Below, in pieces: positions 48,801-61,110 of a stretch of 64,000 nt of DNA. The notes below the pieces were generated by a model that had not been told where the DNA came from, did not search any database, and saw nothing but the letters and a program-made list of their open reading frames with translations. The DNA comes from Tubulanus polymorphus (Eukaryota > Animalia > Nemertea). A program made the position numbers and the translations under genes. Position 1 is the stretch's first letter; each line of letters begins with the position of its first letter. Where the stretch lies: positions 8,806,230-8,870,229 of the forward strand of contig NC_134036.1 in the NCBI RefSeq assembly GCF_964204645.1. Reading direction: 5' to 3'.

Positions 48801-50476
48801 ATGGCAGAAGGTGGAGAAGATTTTCCAATGGATCCTTTAGATGAACCTGGTATAAGTGATGAACAACAACCTGATTTGATGAAGCAAGTTTTAGTAATGA
48901 TAATAAAACAGAATATAATACTAATTTAGATGAAGATGATGATTATGATGGAATTAATTCTGAATTACGTGAAAAATTAAATAAATATTTAAAAGCTCCT
49001 GAAAGTGGTAGAATTTCAACTAGAAGAGAAAAAAAAGAATTTATGGAACTATTAGAAAAACAACAAGAAAAATATCCTGATAAACATATGGAATTATATA
49101 AAATGAAATCTAGAGTAAAAGATACAATTGTTAACGAATTATTACCAATAGTTGTAATACATGAAATTGATACTGAAGATGTTGTAGAACAAATTTTAAA
49201 AGATGACCCATATTTCACGAATAATTTAGAATTTAAAAATGATTCATGGTATTATAATGTTGAATTAAATAACAAAACTGCATCAATACAATTATCTAAA
49301 ATGGGTCAAGAAAATATTTTTGAACCTGAAATGTTAGCAAGATCTACAATTGAACGTTCAAAAGGTGGCGCAGAATTTCTCAGAATTATATGGAATGCAC
49401 TCGATAGAATAAATAAAGAAGAACCAATTCCTAATATTGATATAAACAAATATTCACCATTTAAAAATCCAAATCCAAATCCTACTGATTTTGATCCAGA
49501 AATGGAAGAGAATAGAGATCGATTAGATAGATTAAGATCTTCAACACCCGAAACATCGAGAAGAGACACTCAACCAATTGATAATTATTCAAGTCAATTA
49601 AAATTAGAAAAACAAATTGATAGATTAAGAGATTCAGAAAAAGAGATGAATAGTGCTGGAATAAATCGACTGCAATATTTACTAGAAAAAGGATTTCTTA
49701 ATTTAACTGATGAAGAATTAGAAACATTTCCCGAACAAATACGTAGAGAAATTAAAGGTATACAAGTATCAGCTGATGAAATTGCTAATATTAAGATGAG
49801 ATTTTCTAAAATAACCATGTTAGAAAAAGAATTAGCTAATGCAGATGAAGAATTAAAACAATTAGAATTAAATAGAGATCATCAAGTAGTTTATGAAGCT
49901 GATTATGAAAGCAGAAAGTTAGCTTTAGTAAAAGAAATAGATGATTTAGAATATAACATAAAATTACAAAAAGAAGAAAGAGATACATTATTAAAATCAT
50001 ATGATCTTAATCATATTAAAAAATTAAAAGTTATTTTTAAAGATTTAATAATTAAACCAGATTCTAAAATATCATTGAAAGATAGAATAAAGTTATTATT
50101 TAATTTAGAAGGAATAACAATTCTTTCAATTCTAACAGCTGTAACTATGTTATTTACAACAATTGGTTTAGCAATATCAAATGCTTTAAAATCTACTCCT
50201 ACTCCCAATGAACCGGATAAACCCCCGAATGATAATAATTCTATACAAGATAAAGTTAAAGATGGTTTAAAGAAATTAGCAAAATATTTATGGGAACTAT
50301 CTAAAAAATCTGCTGCAGCTTTACCAGGAATTATTGCATCAATTGTTGGTTTTATATTGAAATCTGCAGGAAACATTATTAACTTTGCTGCTGAACATAT
50401 TATTTTATTTTTAATTACAGTTGTAAGTGCTATTATTTTTGGGTTAGTGAATATGATATCAAAAAATATCAAGTAA
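48801..50476 (+). pseudogene. Long coiled-coil protein with C-terminal hydrophobic helices; 5' frameshifts
   Basis: TAAATG start MAEGGEDF at 48801; 477-aa open part; EGITILSILTA and AALPGIIASIVGFIL segments. Confidence 0.7.
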
Positions 50477-50515
50477 CCATGATCAAAAATAAATAATTAA
50501 TTTTTTGTTAAATAA

Positions 50516-51763
50516 ATGAGTGGGAGTTATATCAATCCTTCTAAGAATCATAGAATATCTAATGCTATTAAAGCAGAAAGATCACATCATATAATTACTC
50601 ATAACCCTTCTAATATCAATCCCGATGAAACTTTATATGTTAGAATTCATAGATTAACACAAAATACTTTTTATGTTCCAAATAGTATTTATTTATCAGC
50701 TGATATAAAAGTAATTGGTCATGATAATAATTATGTTGTTGATAATGTTGGAAGGTATTTGATTAAAAAATTAACTATAAAGATTGGTCCAGAAACAGTT
50801 TTCTCATTAGATGATTATAATTTATTTATGCATTATAAAGATTTATGGTTAACTAAAGAAAATAGAAATAATATGATATTTCAGGGTATTCAATCGGAAA
50901 ACCATAATAAATTAAGATCGGGAGCTAATGACGCAATAGTAACTCGTGCCACAGATAATTTGATAAAAAAGATTTATGGAAGCAAATATAAAATTCCATT
51001 AGACTTTGAATTGATAAATAATAATGCACCTTTATATAAATATGTAATTCAAGAAGATATTATATTTGAGATAACATTTGCTCCTGTAAATGAAATTGTA
51101 TTATCTGGCGTTGTTAAAGATATGGGTTATAAATTATCGAATATATGTTTAGAATATGATACAGTAACTGATGAAAATATTTCAAGTATAATTCAAACTC
51201 AATACAATCAAGGATTTTCATTATTATATGATTATATTGATAAATTTAAAACCGTAACTATTAATGCAAATGATGAAATAATTAATGAGAATATTAACTT
51301 CCCAAGAAGATCTATTAAAGGTATATTAATATTTTTTACCATTGCAACATATACTAATGGCGCAATAAATGTTGATAATTATTATAATCCTGAAATAACA
51401 AAAGTAGAAATAACTATCGAAGGAATAGCAAATAAAATATTTTGTCAAGGAATGAGAATGATAGATCAGTGGCCAGAAATTAGAAAACATTTTATGAATG
51501 AAAGAGTAAAATCATCTGAAAATTGTAACATTAATCAAATTGATTATTATACCGGTAATAAATATGCATTATGGTTAGATTTTAGAACAATAGAGGATAA
51601 TTCATTACATGGTTCTTGAAAAAAACTACAGAACACTAAAGATGGCATACAATTATTCATGACAAAGAATAAAGGAATCAAAAATTTCAAAATGCACATT
51701 TATATTATATCTGACGCGCAATTAAATATTGTAAATTCACAATTAGATAGTGTTATGTATGAA
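50516..51763 (+). pseudogene. Major capsid protein (double jelly-roll), premature TGA at 51617
   Basis: HNPS.I.P.ETL.V, V.NVGR.LI, Y.LSNI.LEYD, RS.KGIL, YNP.ITKV...IEG, LW.DFRT...LHGS; the frame continues ~48 codons past the stop. Confidence 0.8.
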
Positions 51764-51795
51764 AATTTTAACTTTAATAAAAATTTATATAATAA

Positions 51796-52962
51796 ATGGA
51801 AGGTGGAATATATGAAATACAAACTCCAAGTGAAATGATATCAGATATATATTATATATTACCTTATGATGAATACATTAAGTATTTTGGAGATTACTTT
51901 AATCAATTCAAATATAGAATAAGTAAAATAAAAGATAATATTGAAACTAAAATAGAAAATAATATTGAAACTAAGATAGAAGATAAGAATGATATTGAAT
52001 ATAAAATAGAAGATAATATTGAGACTAAAATAGAAGATAGTAATAATATTGAAACTAAAATAGAAGATGTAACAGCATCTACATCTTATAATATACCCTC
52101 TACATATGATATTGAATCAAAAAAAGATTATTATAATCCAAAATATTGTGATGTATGTAAGATATATATATCATATAAAAATTGGGCATCACATAAGAAA
52201 TCAAAGAAACTTATAGAAAAAGAAAAGAATAATAATGATTATAATATATCAGTTAGTAATATAAAAGATAATGTTAACCCAATTGAAACTAATGATAACA
52301 TAGATAATATAACAGATAATGTAATAAATAATGTTAACCCAATCGAAACTAATGATAATGATATAACAGATAATGAAATAATTGATGATTCTAAAAAACA
52401 TTGTAAAATTTGTAATTTAGATATTTCTAAAAGTAATTTTTCTAAACATAAAAAATCTAAGGGGCACATAGAAAATGAAAAAGAATTAATATGTGATTAT
52501 TGTAATAAAGAAATTGAACCTGTTGATAAAATTACTCATTATGAATCAAAATTACATCTAATTAATGTTTATAAAAAAGTGGGTATGTTACCATTGTTAA
52601 ATAACCCTTTAGAATATATCAAATATTTTGATTATAATATTAACCAATATGAAATATTCTATAATTTGTTATTACGTAAATTTTTAGATTATGCAAACGA
52701 TAATCTTGAACAAATGTATAAATTATTATATTTGAGAAGAAAAGATTCAACTTATTTGATAATTAATTTTGGATATGATATTGATTTTTATTATTATGAT
52801 TTTGATGAAAACTTTGAAAAAATAAAAGAAAAAATTAATATGCCTACTGATTATAGATTAATGATGGCTCGACTAAACTCAATAAATATACCAAAGACTT
52901 ATGGAGAATTTGATATAAACGAAGATGATTTTATAAATGTATTAGAAACAAAATTAGAATAA
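51796..52962 (+). CDS. Zinc-finger protein with NIETKIED repeats
   Basis: Three CxxC...H..SK.H fingers; internal tandem peptide repeats; intact 388 aa. Confidence 0.75.
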   Translation: MEGGIYEIQTPSEMISDIYYILPYDEYIKYFGDYFNQFKYRISKIKDNIETKIENNIETKIEDKNDIEYKIEDNIETKIEDSNNIETKIEDVTASTSYNIPSTYDIESKKDYYNPKYCDVCKIYISYKNWASHKKSKKLIEKEKNNNDYNISVSNIKDNVNPIETNDNIDNITDNVINNVNPIETNDNDITDNEIIDDSKKHCKICNLDISKSNFSKHKKSKGHIENEKELICDYCNKEIEPVDKITHYESKLHLINVYKKVGMLPLLNNPLEYIKYFDYNINQYEIFYNLLLRKFLDYANDNLEQMYKLLYLRRKDSTYLIINFGYDIDFYYYDFDENFEKIKEKINMPTDYRLMMARLNSINIPKTYGEFDINEDDFINVLETKLE

Positions 52963-53004
52963 TTATTATAAAACTATTTATATATCTATAAAACTATTTA
53001 TATA

Positions 53005-53330
53005 TCTATGCACTAGACGTATGAGTAAGAAAGTAAGAATCCAAGAATCCTTGCCAAGAAATATAAATTATAAACATAAATTATAAACATAGATTATAAA
53101 CATAAATTATAAACATGAATTATAAACATAAATTATAAACATAAATTATAAACATAAATTATAAACATAAATTATAAACATAGTTTTAATATATAATTTA
53201 TTCATTATTATATATTTCATTTAATGATTCATATTTCTATGGACTAGACGTACGTAAGAATCCAAGATTCTTGCCAAGAAAGTAAAAAGGTAAGAATCTT
53301 TCTTTCTTACTCGTACGTCTAGTACATAGA
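53005..53330. repeat. Convergent intergenic region: 29-bp inverted repeat enclosing a 13-bp tandem array
   Basis: 53005-53033 pairs with 53302-53330; (AAACATAAATTAT)n at ~53065-53180. Confidence 0.8.
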
Positions 53331-53369
53331 TTTATAAATTAGTTTCTATAATATTCCAAATTATAAATA

Positions 53370-53982
53370 GTTATTTTATAAATTTATATTCATAGGGAAA
53401 TTGAAGTCTCAGTAATAATTTTGAACCTTTATTATTCTTTTATTTATTCATATATTCATCATGTAATTAAGTAGGTATGATTTGATTTTCTTCCAATGAT
53501 TGTTGCATAGATTTTTTATCTTTGTTATAAAATAAAACTAGAAATCTTATATTCTCCCTAAAGTCTTTAACAATTGAATTATATTTTTGATTTAAAACCC
53601 ATGTTGTTATCCCAAAATGTCTCCCAGAGAAAGCTAGATAACATAACTCACTTTCTCTAACTTTTGAATCATGTAAATTTGCGCAATCATCTATAATGAA
53701 TAATGTATTTGATCCTTTATAAGTATCAATTGCTATTTTAATACAATTATCTAAATTTTCTTTTACTGTTTTAGGATTTAATATAATAAACTTTTTTATC
53801 TTAACTATATCTCTATTATATGTTTTATTCATTTCATAAGTAGGACAGAATAATATTATATTATCAAAATGATTCTTATAAATAGTTTCTAACAAATCTA
53901 ATATGAAATGTATTTTACCACAATTGGTTACTCCAGTAACTAACATATTATGCGGTTCAAATATAAATAAATCTTTATTCAT
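53370..53982 (-). pseudogene. Packaging ATPase, premature stop at 53467 and Walker A T->I
   Basis: Near-identical to the intact copy at 33204-33815. Confidence 0.92.
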
Positions 53983-55072
53983 TTATTCTTTTAATTTTAC
54001 TAGATAAAATCCATTCATTAAATTTATCATCATATCCTTTATATGTCACCAAAGAATACTTTTTTCCTTTAAGAGTTTTTGTTTTCAATACTTTTTCTAT
54101 TTTGTATTCTATTTCATCTGGATTTGGTACAAGTGATAATTCTTGTTCATAGAAATAACCTAATATTTCTTCATCTTTTAGATCTTCTAATTTATAAACA
54201 AAAGGTTTAGTTAATATTATCTTTTTAATCTTGAATATTTCTTCTGTAAAATTTGGGGTATAACCTTTATAAAAGGTTTTTCTATATTTAGATATTCTAA
54301 CATGTTGTCCAATTTTAAATCTAGGTTCACCGAAATCATGTTTAACAAACGCTCCATATAAATTATTCCGTACTATTTCTGAATTATCTTCTTTTCTAGC
54401 TTGTATAGGTTTCATATTTATAGAACTATGTTTAGAATTATTATAACCTTTCACTAAATCATCTAATATATTTATAGACTCATCGATATATTTATATGCT
54501 TCATTAGCAGTAAAATATTTCCACATTCTAGTTTTCAATGTTTTATTAAATCTTTCTATAATAGATGCTTTTTTATCTGAGTGTGTTGAAAAATAATCTA
54601 CATCGTTATCAGATAATAGTTTTTTGAAATGTTTGTTATAAAATTCCTTACCTTCATCAAATTGTATCTTATCTGGAATAGCTTCTTTAAATATTGATTT
54701 AAAAGCATTTGTTACTTCTATTCCAGTTTTATTTTTGATTGGAATTGACCATGCGTATCTACTGAATATGTCTATAACATTTAATATCCAGAAATATCCT
54801 TTGTTGTATTCTTCTAAGTTCTTCATGTCAATTAAATCTGCTTGCCATTGTTGATCAATATATGAAACCATAACTTTTCTTGTTAAATAAGTTTTATCCA
54901 TTTTCTTGTGTATTTGATATGTTGGTTGATTTTGTAACTATGATTTTAATTCACTATATTTTATACCACCATTATCATATTTAATTTTATTCCATAATTC
55001 TGAAACGTTAGAATATGATACTTCACTCTTTGGGTTATAATATAAATCTCTTAAATATTGTTCTTTTTTCAT
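53975..55072 (-). pseudogene. Polinton (retroviral-like) integrase with C-terminal chromodomain; TAG at 54938
   Basis: YYNP, WQADLID, IDIFSRYAW, QFDEGKEF, IIERFNKTLK, KGY.PN.T.EIF, KGYDDKFNEW. Confidence 0.95.
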
Positions 55073-55438
55073 CTTATTTTAATCCATTAATAATAACTTA
55101 GATTTAGTTTCAATGGCTTTATGATTTGACTTATTTTCTGGTATGATAGGTTTATCGTCATTGGAATCATCTTTATCATCAGATTTGAATTTTGATTTAT
55201 ATATTACACCGGATAATATAATAACTGTTACTTATCCAATTGTAATATATAATTTATAATTACTTCCAGCATTAGAAGAATTAGATGGATTATCATTCGT
55301 ATCAATATCAGATAAAGTCTGTGATTCATTTATATCAGTTAATTTCTTTTTCTTAGCTTTTTTTAATTCTGAAGATCTTTTACCTAATTCTCTTGCCCAT
55401 TTAATTTGTTTCTCGGATCTAGGCTTTTTCTTACGCCA

Positions 55439-56040
55439 TCACTCATTTATTTTAGTTAATTTTTGTTCTGATTCATTTTCTGTTTCGACGTTTGGTTGTA
55501 GTACATCTGTTTCGTTCTTACCTGATTTACATTCTATAGGTTTGATGTTCGAAAATGTTATGACACCAGTAGAAATTAATGTCATAACCGATCCTAATTG
55601 AAATAAAGCATAACCAACCCATTTTTGTAATTCAGTCATAACTAAGTAGTCACTTTTTAAATCACTATATAATTTATTTAATCATCAATTGGTATTAACT
55701 GGTTACATAACTTAGAATAACATTTGACAATACCATCTGAAATAGAATCATTTATTCTAGCTAATCTAGCTTCTTCATAAATCTTAAAATATTTTATTAC
55801 TTTATCTGGTTTCATAGAGTCTAGTTCTTGAAAAGTAATGATTCTATTTAAAAACTCATTAGTTTTTCCACCGGCAATCAATAGTTCTAGATGATGCTTA
55901 CAATATAAATAGTATTCATAATCTATATTGTTATTAACTTGAATAGAATTAGAAACAACTGTATCTTTATTATCACTAATACCTAAATCATCTAATGTTT
56001 TTTTAATATCAATACTATTCTTATTAGATTTCTTTGACAT
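55439..56040 (-). pseudogene. Polinton hypothetical protein (MSKKSNKN...), internal stop
   Basis: Two ORF pieces; the same start is present in copy 1 at 20408. Confidence 0.55.
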
Positions 56041-56336
56041 ATATATTAGAGAAAAAAAGCAAAAAAAAATATTTGAAGTATTCTTCAAATGATACCAGTA
56101 TCTCTTTAGATTAATACTAGCTTAGTTAAAGGTAAAGAATTTTAGTATTAGTTATTGTTTTTTTAGTAAATATTAGTTTTTTAGTAAATGTTTTTTTTTT
56201 AAATATTAAAAATATAATAGAATTCACAAGCTAGTTGAAGTTATTGTTTTTTAAATACTTTTTATTTAAAATCTATTTGATATCTCACTACTTTTGTTTA
56301 TCTATTAGGAGCAGTAATTATAACTGTCCAGATAAG

Positions 56337-57009
56337 TCATTTCGGATCCTTGATATCAAATTCCTCAACGTATTGTTCATTATTTGGATCATTATTCCAT
56401 AATTCAATAAATTTCTTTGCCTTTGTTAACTGTTCTAAATATAACTGTAAATCTAGTTTATAAGATTTAATTATGTTTTCCTTCTTTTCTAAAGGTCTTA
56501 AATTCTTCCAATTCCAAATAAGTTTTTTATTGTATTCATCATTCATGTTAAATTTAGAAATCGGTAACGTATGATCAATATGGTAATAATCCCCATAATT
56601 ATCTATATTCATTTTATCATCGAATTGAAATATAATCCATGATTTGAGAAATTCATCTGAACAACCCAATAAATTAGATAATGTTTCTTAATGTGTTTCT
56701 TTGTTGAATAATTGTGTTAATCTAGATCTTAAGCATTGTTTCAATCTAAAATTAAGATCTGTTTGATATCTTTCTCTCATATATTCTGCCATATAATAAT
56801 TATAATGTTCTATATTATCTTCTCGATATTGTTTAGTATATAGTTTAGTGCAAGTTTTACAGCAATATTGAAGACCATCTTTGCTAATCTTACGCTTACT
56901 AAATTCTGTTAATGATTTATCTAATTCACACTTAGAACACTTCTTGTAATATATATTTATAACACGTGTTATTTGTAATATTGATAATTTGTGGTTGTTC
57001 TGGTTCCAT
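56337..57009 (-). pseudogene. HNH endonuclease-like gene, disrupted
   Basis: Homologous to 19453-20127; stop at 56688 and a 5' frameshift. Confidence 0.88.
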
Positions 57010-57139
57010 TTATTATATGTATTTTTTACTAAATTGGTTAATATTTTAGAATCCTCTTCCATTTCTTCGACCAACGTCATCCTTTTTCATTCCTCGTTGC
57101 TTTTGGTAAGTTGTTTCGATTCCTTGATATCTAAATCAT

Positions 57140-57470
57140 ACCACTGAGCAAACCGCGCATTCATGCGCGCTTTTGATCAATGCGCATGCGTTAATCATAA
57201 TTATATTTACATAATGAATATATAATTATGTAAATAGAAACAACCGACATGAAATATCTAAACGTGTTCGCATTAGGCAAACCGCGCATTCATGCGCGCT
57301 TTTGCTTAATGCGCATGCGTTAATCCTAATTATATATTCATTATGTAAATAGAAACAACCGACATGAAATATCTAAATCATACCACTGAGCAAACCGCGC
57401 ATTCGTGCGCGCTTTTGATCAATGCGCATGCGCTAATCATAATTATATTTACATAATGAATAGAAACGAC
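57140..57470. repeat. Three ~115-130-bp repeats with GCGCATGCG palindromes
   Basis: AAACCGCGCATTCATGCGCGCTTTTG..AATGCGCATGCG x3; one related unit in copy 1 (~19260-19310). Confidence 0.85.
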
Positions 57471-58602
57471 CGAACATAAAAATTCACCAAACAGATTTAC
57501 ACAATACATTATACAAGTTGTTCGGCCGTTTCTTCCAATACATCATTTGATTTCTATAAATACAATTTATAATTACAAACATTTTTTCAATTGCCGGTAA
57601 ATATTTAACTACATCAACAAATGTTAAACTTAATCATTGGAGTCTTAATGTTTTTTGAAACCTTATATAGTTTCTTCGTCGATCTTTTGGCGATTCTTGT
57701 GTTTCTTGTGCTAATTTCTATTGGTTCGATATCCATTGCTGTTGATTCCTCAGTCAGAAAGAGTATCTTGAGTTTCTCTATCACTTCTTGATGCGTATGG
57801 CGTTTTATTAATCTAAAAGATATTAGCGGCAACTCTAGCCAACTAAAAGATATACTAAATACACTTAAATATATCTAAAGGTTTCATATTTAATAGCCCT
57901 AATAACTACAACAAACAGTACTTACATTTAGATTTATAATTGTAAACTATAAACTCCTAATTTCGTTTCGATAGATAGAATATCCTGAGCACAATATTAC
58001 AGCGTCTGTTCATTTCCGGGGCGATTTCTAGAATGACACGTCGTTGATTATGCCACGTCATCTGGTTCCGGCGCGCCTTTTCTAGAATATTCTACACGTT
58101 TCTGATTATGACGTGTCATCTCTATTCAGAGTTCCAGCACACCTTTCTAGAATTTTCTATACACGTTTGTAATATTATGAGTCATAATGTCTCGGCGTCA
58201 TAGTAACGGCTGTAACAGCTGTGAATTTATTGATTTATTCCATAGCTCTTTACATAGAATGTATATAGGTTCAAATAGAATCATGTTCTAGTATAAACAT
58301 CGGATCCTTGATATCAAATTACTCAACGTATTGTTCATTATTTGGATCATTATTCCATAATTCAATAAATTTCTTTGCCTTTGTTAACTGTTCTGAATAT
58401 AACTGTAAATATTCTAGTTTCAATTTATTCTCTAAATGTGTTTTAGTTTTATTGTGTCTTGCTTTTTGGGATTTATCTATATTGATATTACATGTTGGAC
58501 AGTAGTACTTATTTGCTTCCATTTTTATACTAAATTTTTTATTAAAATTGATTTTAGAAGTTCAATGATTTAAATGTTATTCATTTATATGAATATTTTA
58601 AG

Positions 58603-58952
58603 AGTAATAGGGGTAATGGGCTTTCGGGTTAAAGGTTAAATGGTCGAGTTCATTAAAAACAAATATTAAAAGTAATTTAAAACTATAATATATTTTTATA
58701 ACCGTGTGTATTTCAGTTGAATAATAGAATAATTATTATTATTTGAATATATTTGATTATATGAATTTGTGTATTGTAAATAAATCAATATGCTTTTTAA
58801 ATTATTGATATCTTAGAATAAATATTTAGTTATAATATAAAATGCACACGGTTATGAAAATATATTATAGTTTTAAATTACTTTTAATGTTTTGTTTTTT
58901 AATGAGCTCGACCGTTCGACCTTTGATCTGAAAGCCCATTACCCCTATTACT
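58603..58952. repeat. 350-bp terminal fold-back (~110-bp arms, ~127-bp AT-rich spacer)
   Basis: 58603-58713 is the imperfect reverse complement of 58841-58952. Confidence 0.92.
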
Positions 58953-59400
58953 AACACTGGCGAGATGAGAGACTTCAGAAATACTAACTAGCTCGCTGCT
59001 CTTAAACTGTTAACTGTTAACAGTTCCTTAAAACAATTCAAACTCTCTTCATATGCAATGATTCTTAATCCCGTCACCTGTTTTCATTGCCCTTTATATT
59101 CACAGACTATTTGCATTTAGGCTGCTCTGAGCTTGCTTGTATCAACTCCAACGGCACAAATACACCAGACATCAGAAAAAATGTATTTATGTAACATAGT
59201 TCATTTCTTAATTATCAGCGCACGAGAATGTAAGTAAAAATATGTACTATTTTCTATCTCACGGTAAATTTTCACTAGCTAGTTAGTATTTCTGAAGTCT
59301 CTCATCTTGCCAGTGTTACCTATTGACTGTACGGCTTCAGCCATGATAATTGCCATCTAGGATCGAAATAATTCATTAAGTCATTTTAGCCGAACAACCG
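58953..59400. mobile_element. MITE-like element cut by the Polinton; related pieces at ~60300-60480 and ~62570-62760
   Basis: AACACTGGCGAGATGAGAGACTTCAGAAATACTAACTAGCT is inverted at 59277-59318; family copies downstream. Confidence 0.75.
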
Positions 59401-60899
59401 TTCCTTAGGGCAAACAATGATACATCGTTTCTCATTCCCCGGCTGTGTCCGAAAAAATTAAATGAAAAATACAGCTGTAGCTGCAAAGCAGAACGGGTTT
59501 CTGCCTCACTGGTTCAAATGTCGCACTGGGAAGCGTACATAGATTTCATCAAAATAATTCTGATCATTGCATAACATATGACTATTTCGAAGAAACGCAA
59601 ACTGGTGGTCAACACTATGCTGGATATGTGAACCCATAAGGTATACCACGTTAAAAGTACTAATGTACCAAGTCTAGTCAAAATGGCATTGCGGCTACCG
59701 AAGATCTGGTGTTTGGTGGCAGTTGCATGAACTTATCTATCCACATCTCTGTGCGCGTTTTGATCCGTTCGTTAACAATCGGTTGATCTACCTTCATTAC
59801 GCATCAATTTCGCCAATGTTCAGTAAGAAATTTGCACTTAGAAATAAGCAATGATTTTCAATAAAGTTGTTTTTGTTTTCATTTATCAGCGATAGTTTAC
59901 TCTTACTGTAGCATGCAGCACATACGCGGACTTTGAAACCCTAACTTTACCGCGTATACTCAATAAACATTGGGAAGCTGCAGAAACACTCAACATCGAA
60001 AAGTAAAATTCTGCCGGCTGGGTCTAGAGTGAGCATCTTTTTATGATAAAAATAAAAAATATATGTACTATGTATTATCGATTTTAGTACTTTAAAATTG
60101 GATGCCAAATAGCGTGAGGTCGGAACTCAAACCTACTACTCTCTCTCTCTCTAGTCAATAATTTAGCCATTGTTCCATAACCCTAACAACCACTGGTATT
60201 CACTAATAGAATGCATATTTGTAACGGTAATAACTCTTCTTTACAGTAGAATCTTGTTCTCAACTAAAATAATTAAAAAAAATAGTTTTCCTTTAATGAG
60301 AAACGAGGCATATCTTTTAACTGTTTAAGAACTTTTAACTGTTTTGAAGAGCAGCGAGCTAGTTAGTCTTTCTGAAGTCTCTCATGTCGATTGTGTTACC
60401 TATTGACTGTACGGCTTCAACCTTGATAATTGGCATCTACGATCGAAACATTAGAATCAGTAGTTCTAGCCGAACAGCTGTTTTTTAGTTATGTTCTAAA
60501 TATGAATATACGTTACACCTAAAATTTGTATTCCTTCAGTTAATGCAGCGATACTCTGTATCACTGAATTCGCAAAGCACGTATTGCCTAGGTTCTCCAT
60601 TATTTGGAACAGTATCGTTAAGTTGTTGACTGGCGATATAATAAATTATCAAATACTAATTCCCGGTGTTGAAAACCTGGGTCCGGTGCCCTGTCCGACA
60701 GTGGGTATCCCCGTGGGAAAACCCGTATACTATTTATAGTAAAACTGAAGAAATGCCGCGTTTTTGGAAAATTCCGCGATTCCGTCTTTCCGCGATATGA
60801 CAACACCGCATTAATAACCTAGAATCAGGATTGTTATCTGTTTACCGCATACTATTATTCTTGCCTTTTACCGTTTAAAAAGTGTTACTTATGGTAAGA

Positions 60900-61110
60900 C
60901 ATTGATACTAGTACCATACAGTGATAGTAATACAATGATAGTTATAGGGTGATAGAGAAAATGATGGTTAGACAGTGACAGCGATACTAATACGGTGGTG
61001 GTAGTACGGATATAGTAATGCAGTGATAGTAATACAGTGATAGTAATATATAGTGATAGTTATACAGTGGTAGTAATACAGTGATAGTAATACATTGATA
61101 GTAAAACAAT
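60900..61110. repeat. Degenerate (GATAGTAATACAGT)n minisatellite
   Basis: Reverse complement of the 23.4-24.0 kb unit. Confidence 0.8.

Larger units (their letters stand above)
40845..58952 (+). mobile_element. Polinton/Maverick (adintovirus-like) copy 3, near full length, decayed
   Basis: TIRs ~40845-41170 and 58410-58735 (left one truncated); pPolB, penton, MCP, ATPase, integrase, HNH; right end ...CCCCTATTACT. Confidence 0.96.

Noticed and set aside
28408-56700. Alternative genetic code or readthrough explaining the in-frame stops
   Set aside because: Stops are of all three types, replace different residues (W, G, E, S) and co-occur with frameshifts; this is decay.
17321-58952. One giant 41.6-kb element bounded by the two type-A termini
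   Set aside because: Flanks CATACC and AACACT are not a TSD, the hairpin interiors differ, and both ends carry right-arm genes.
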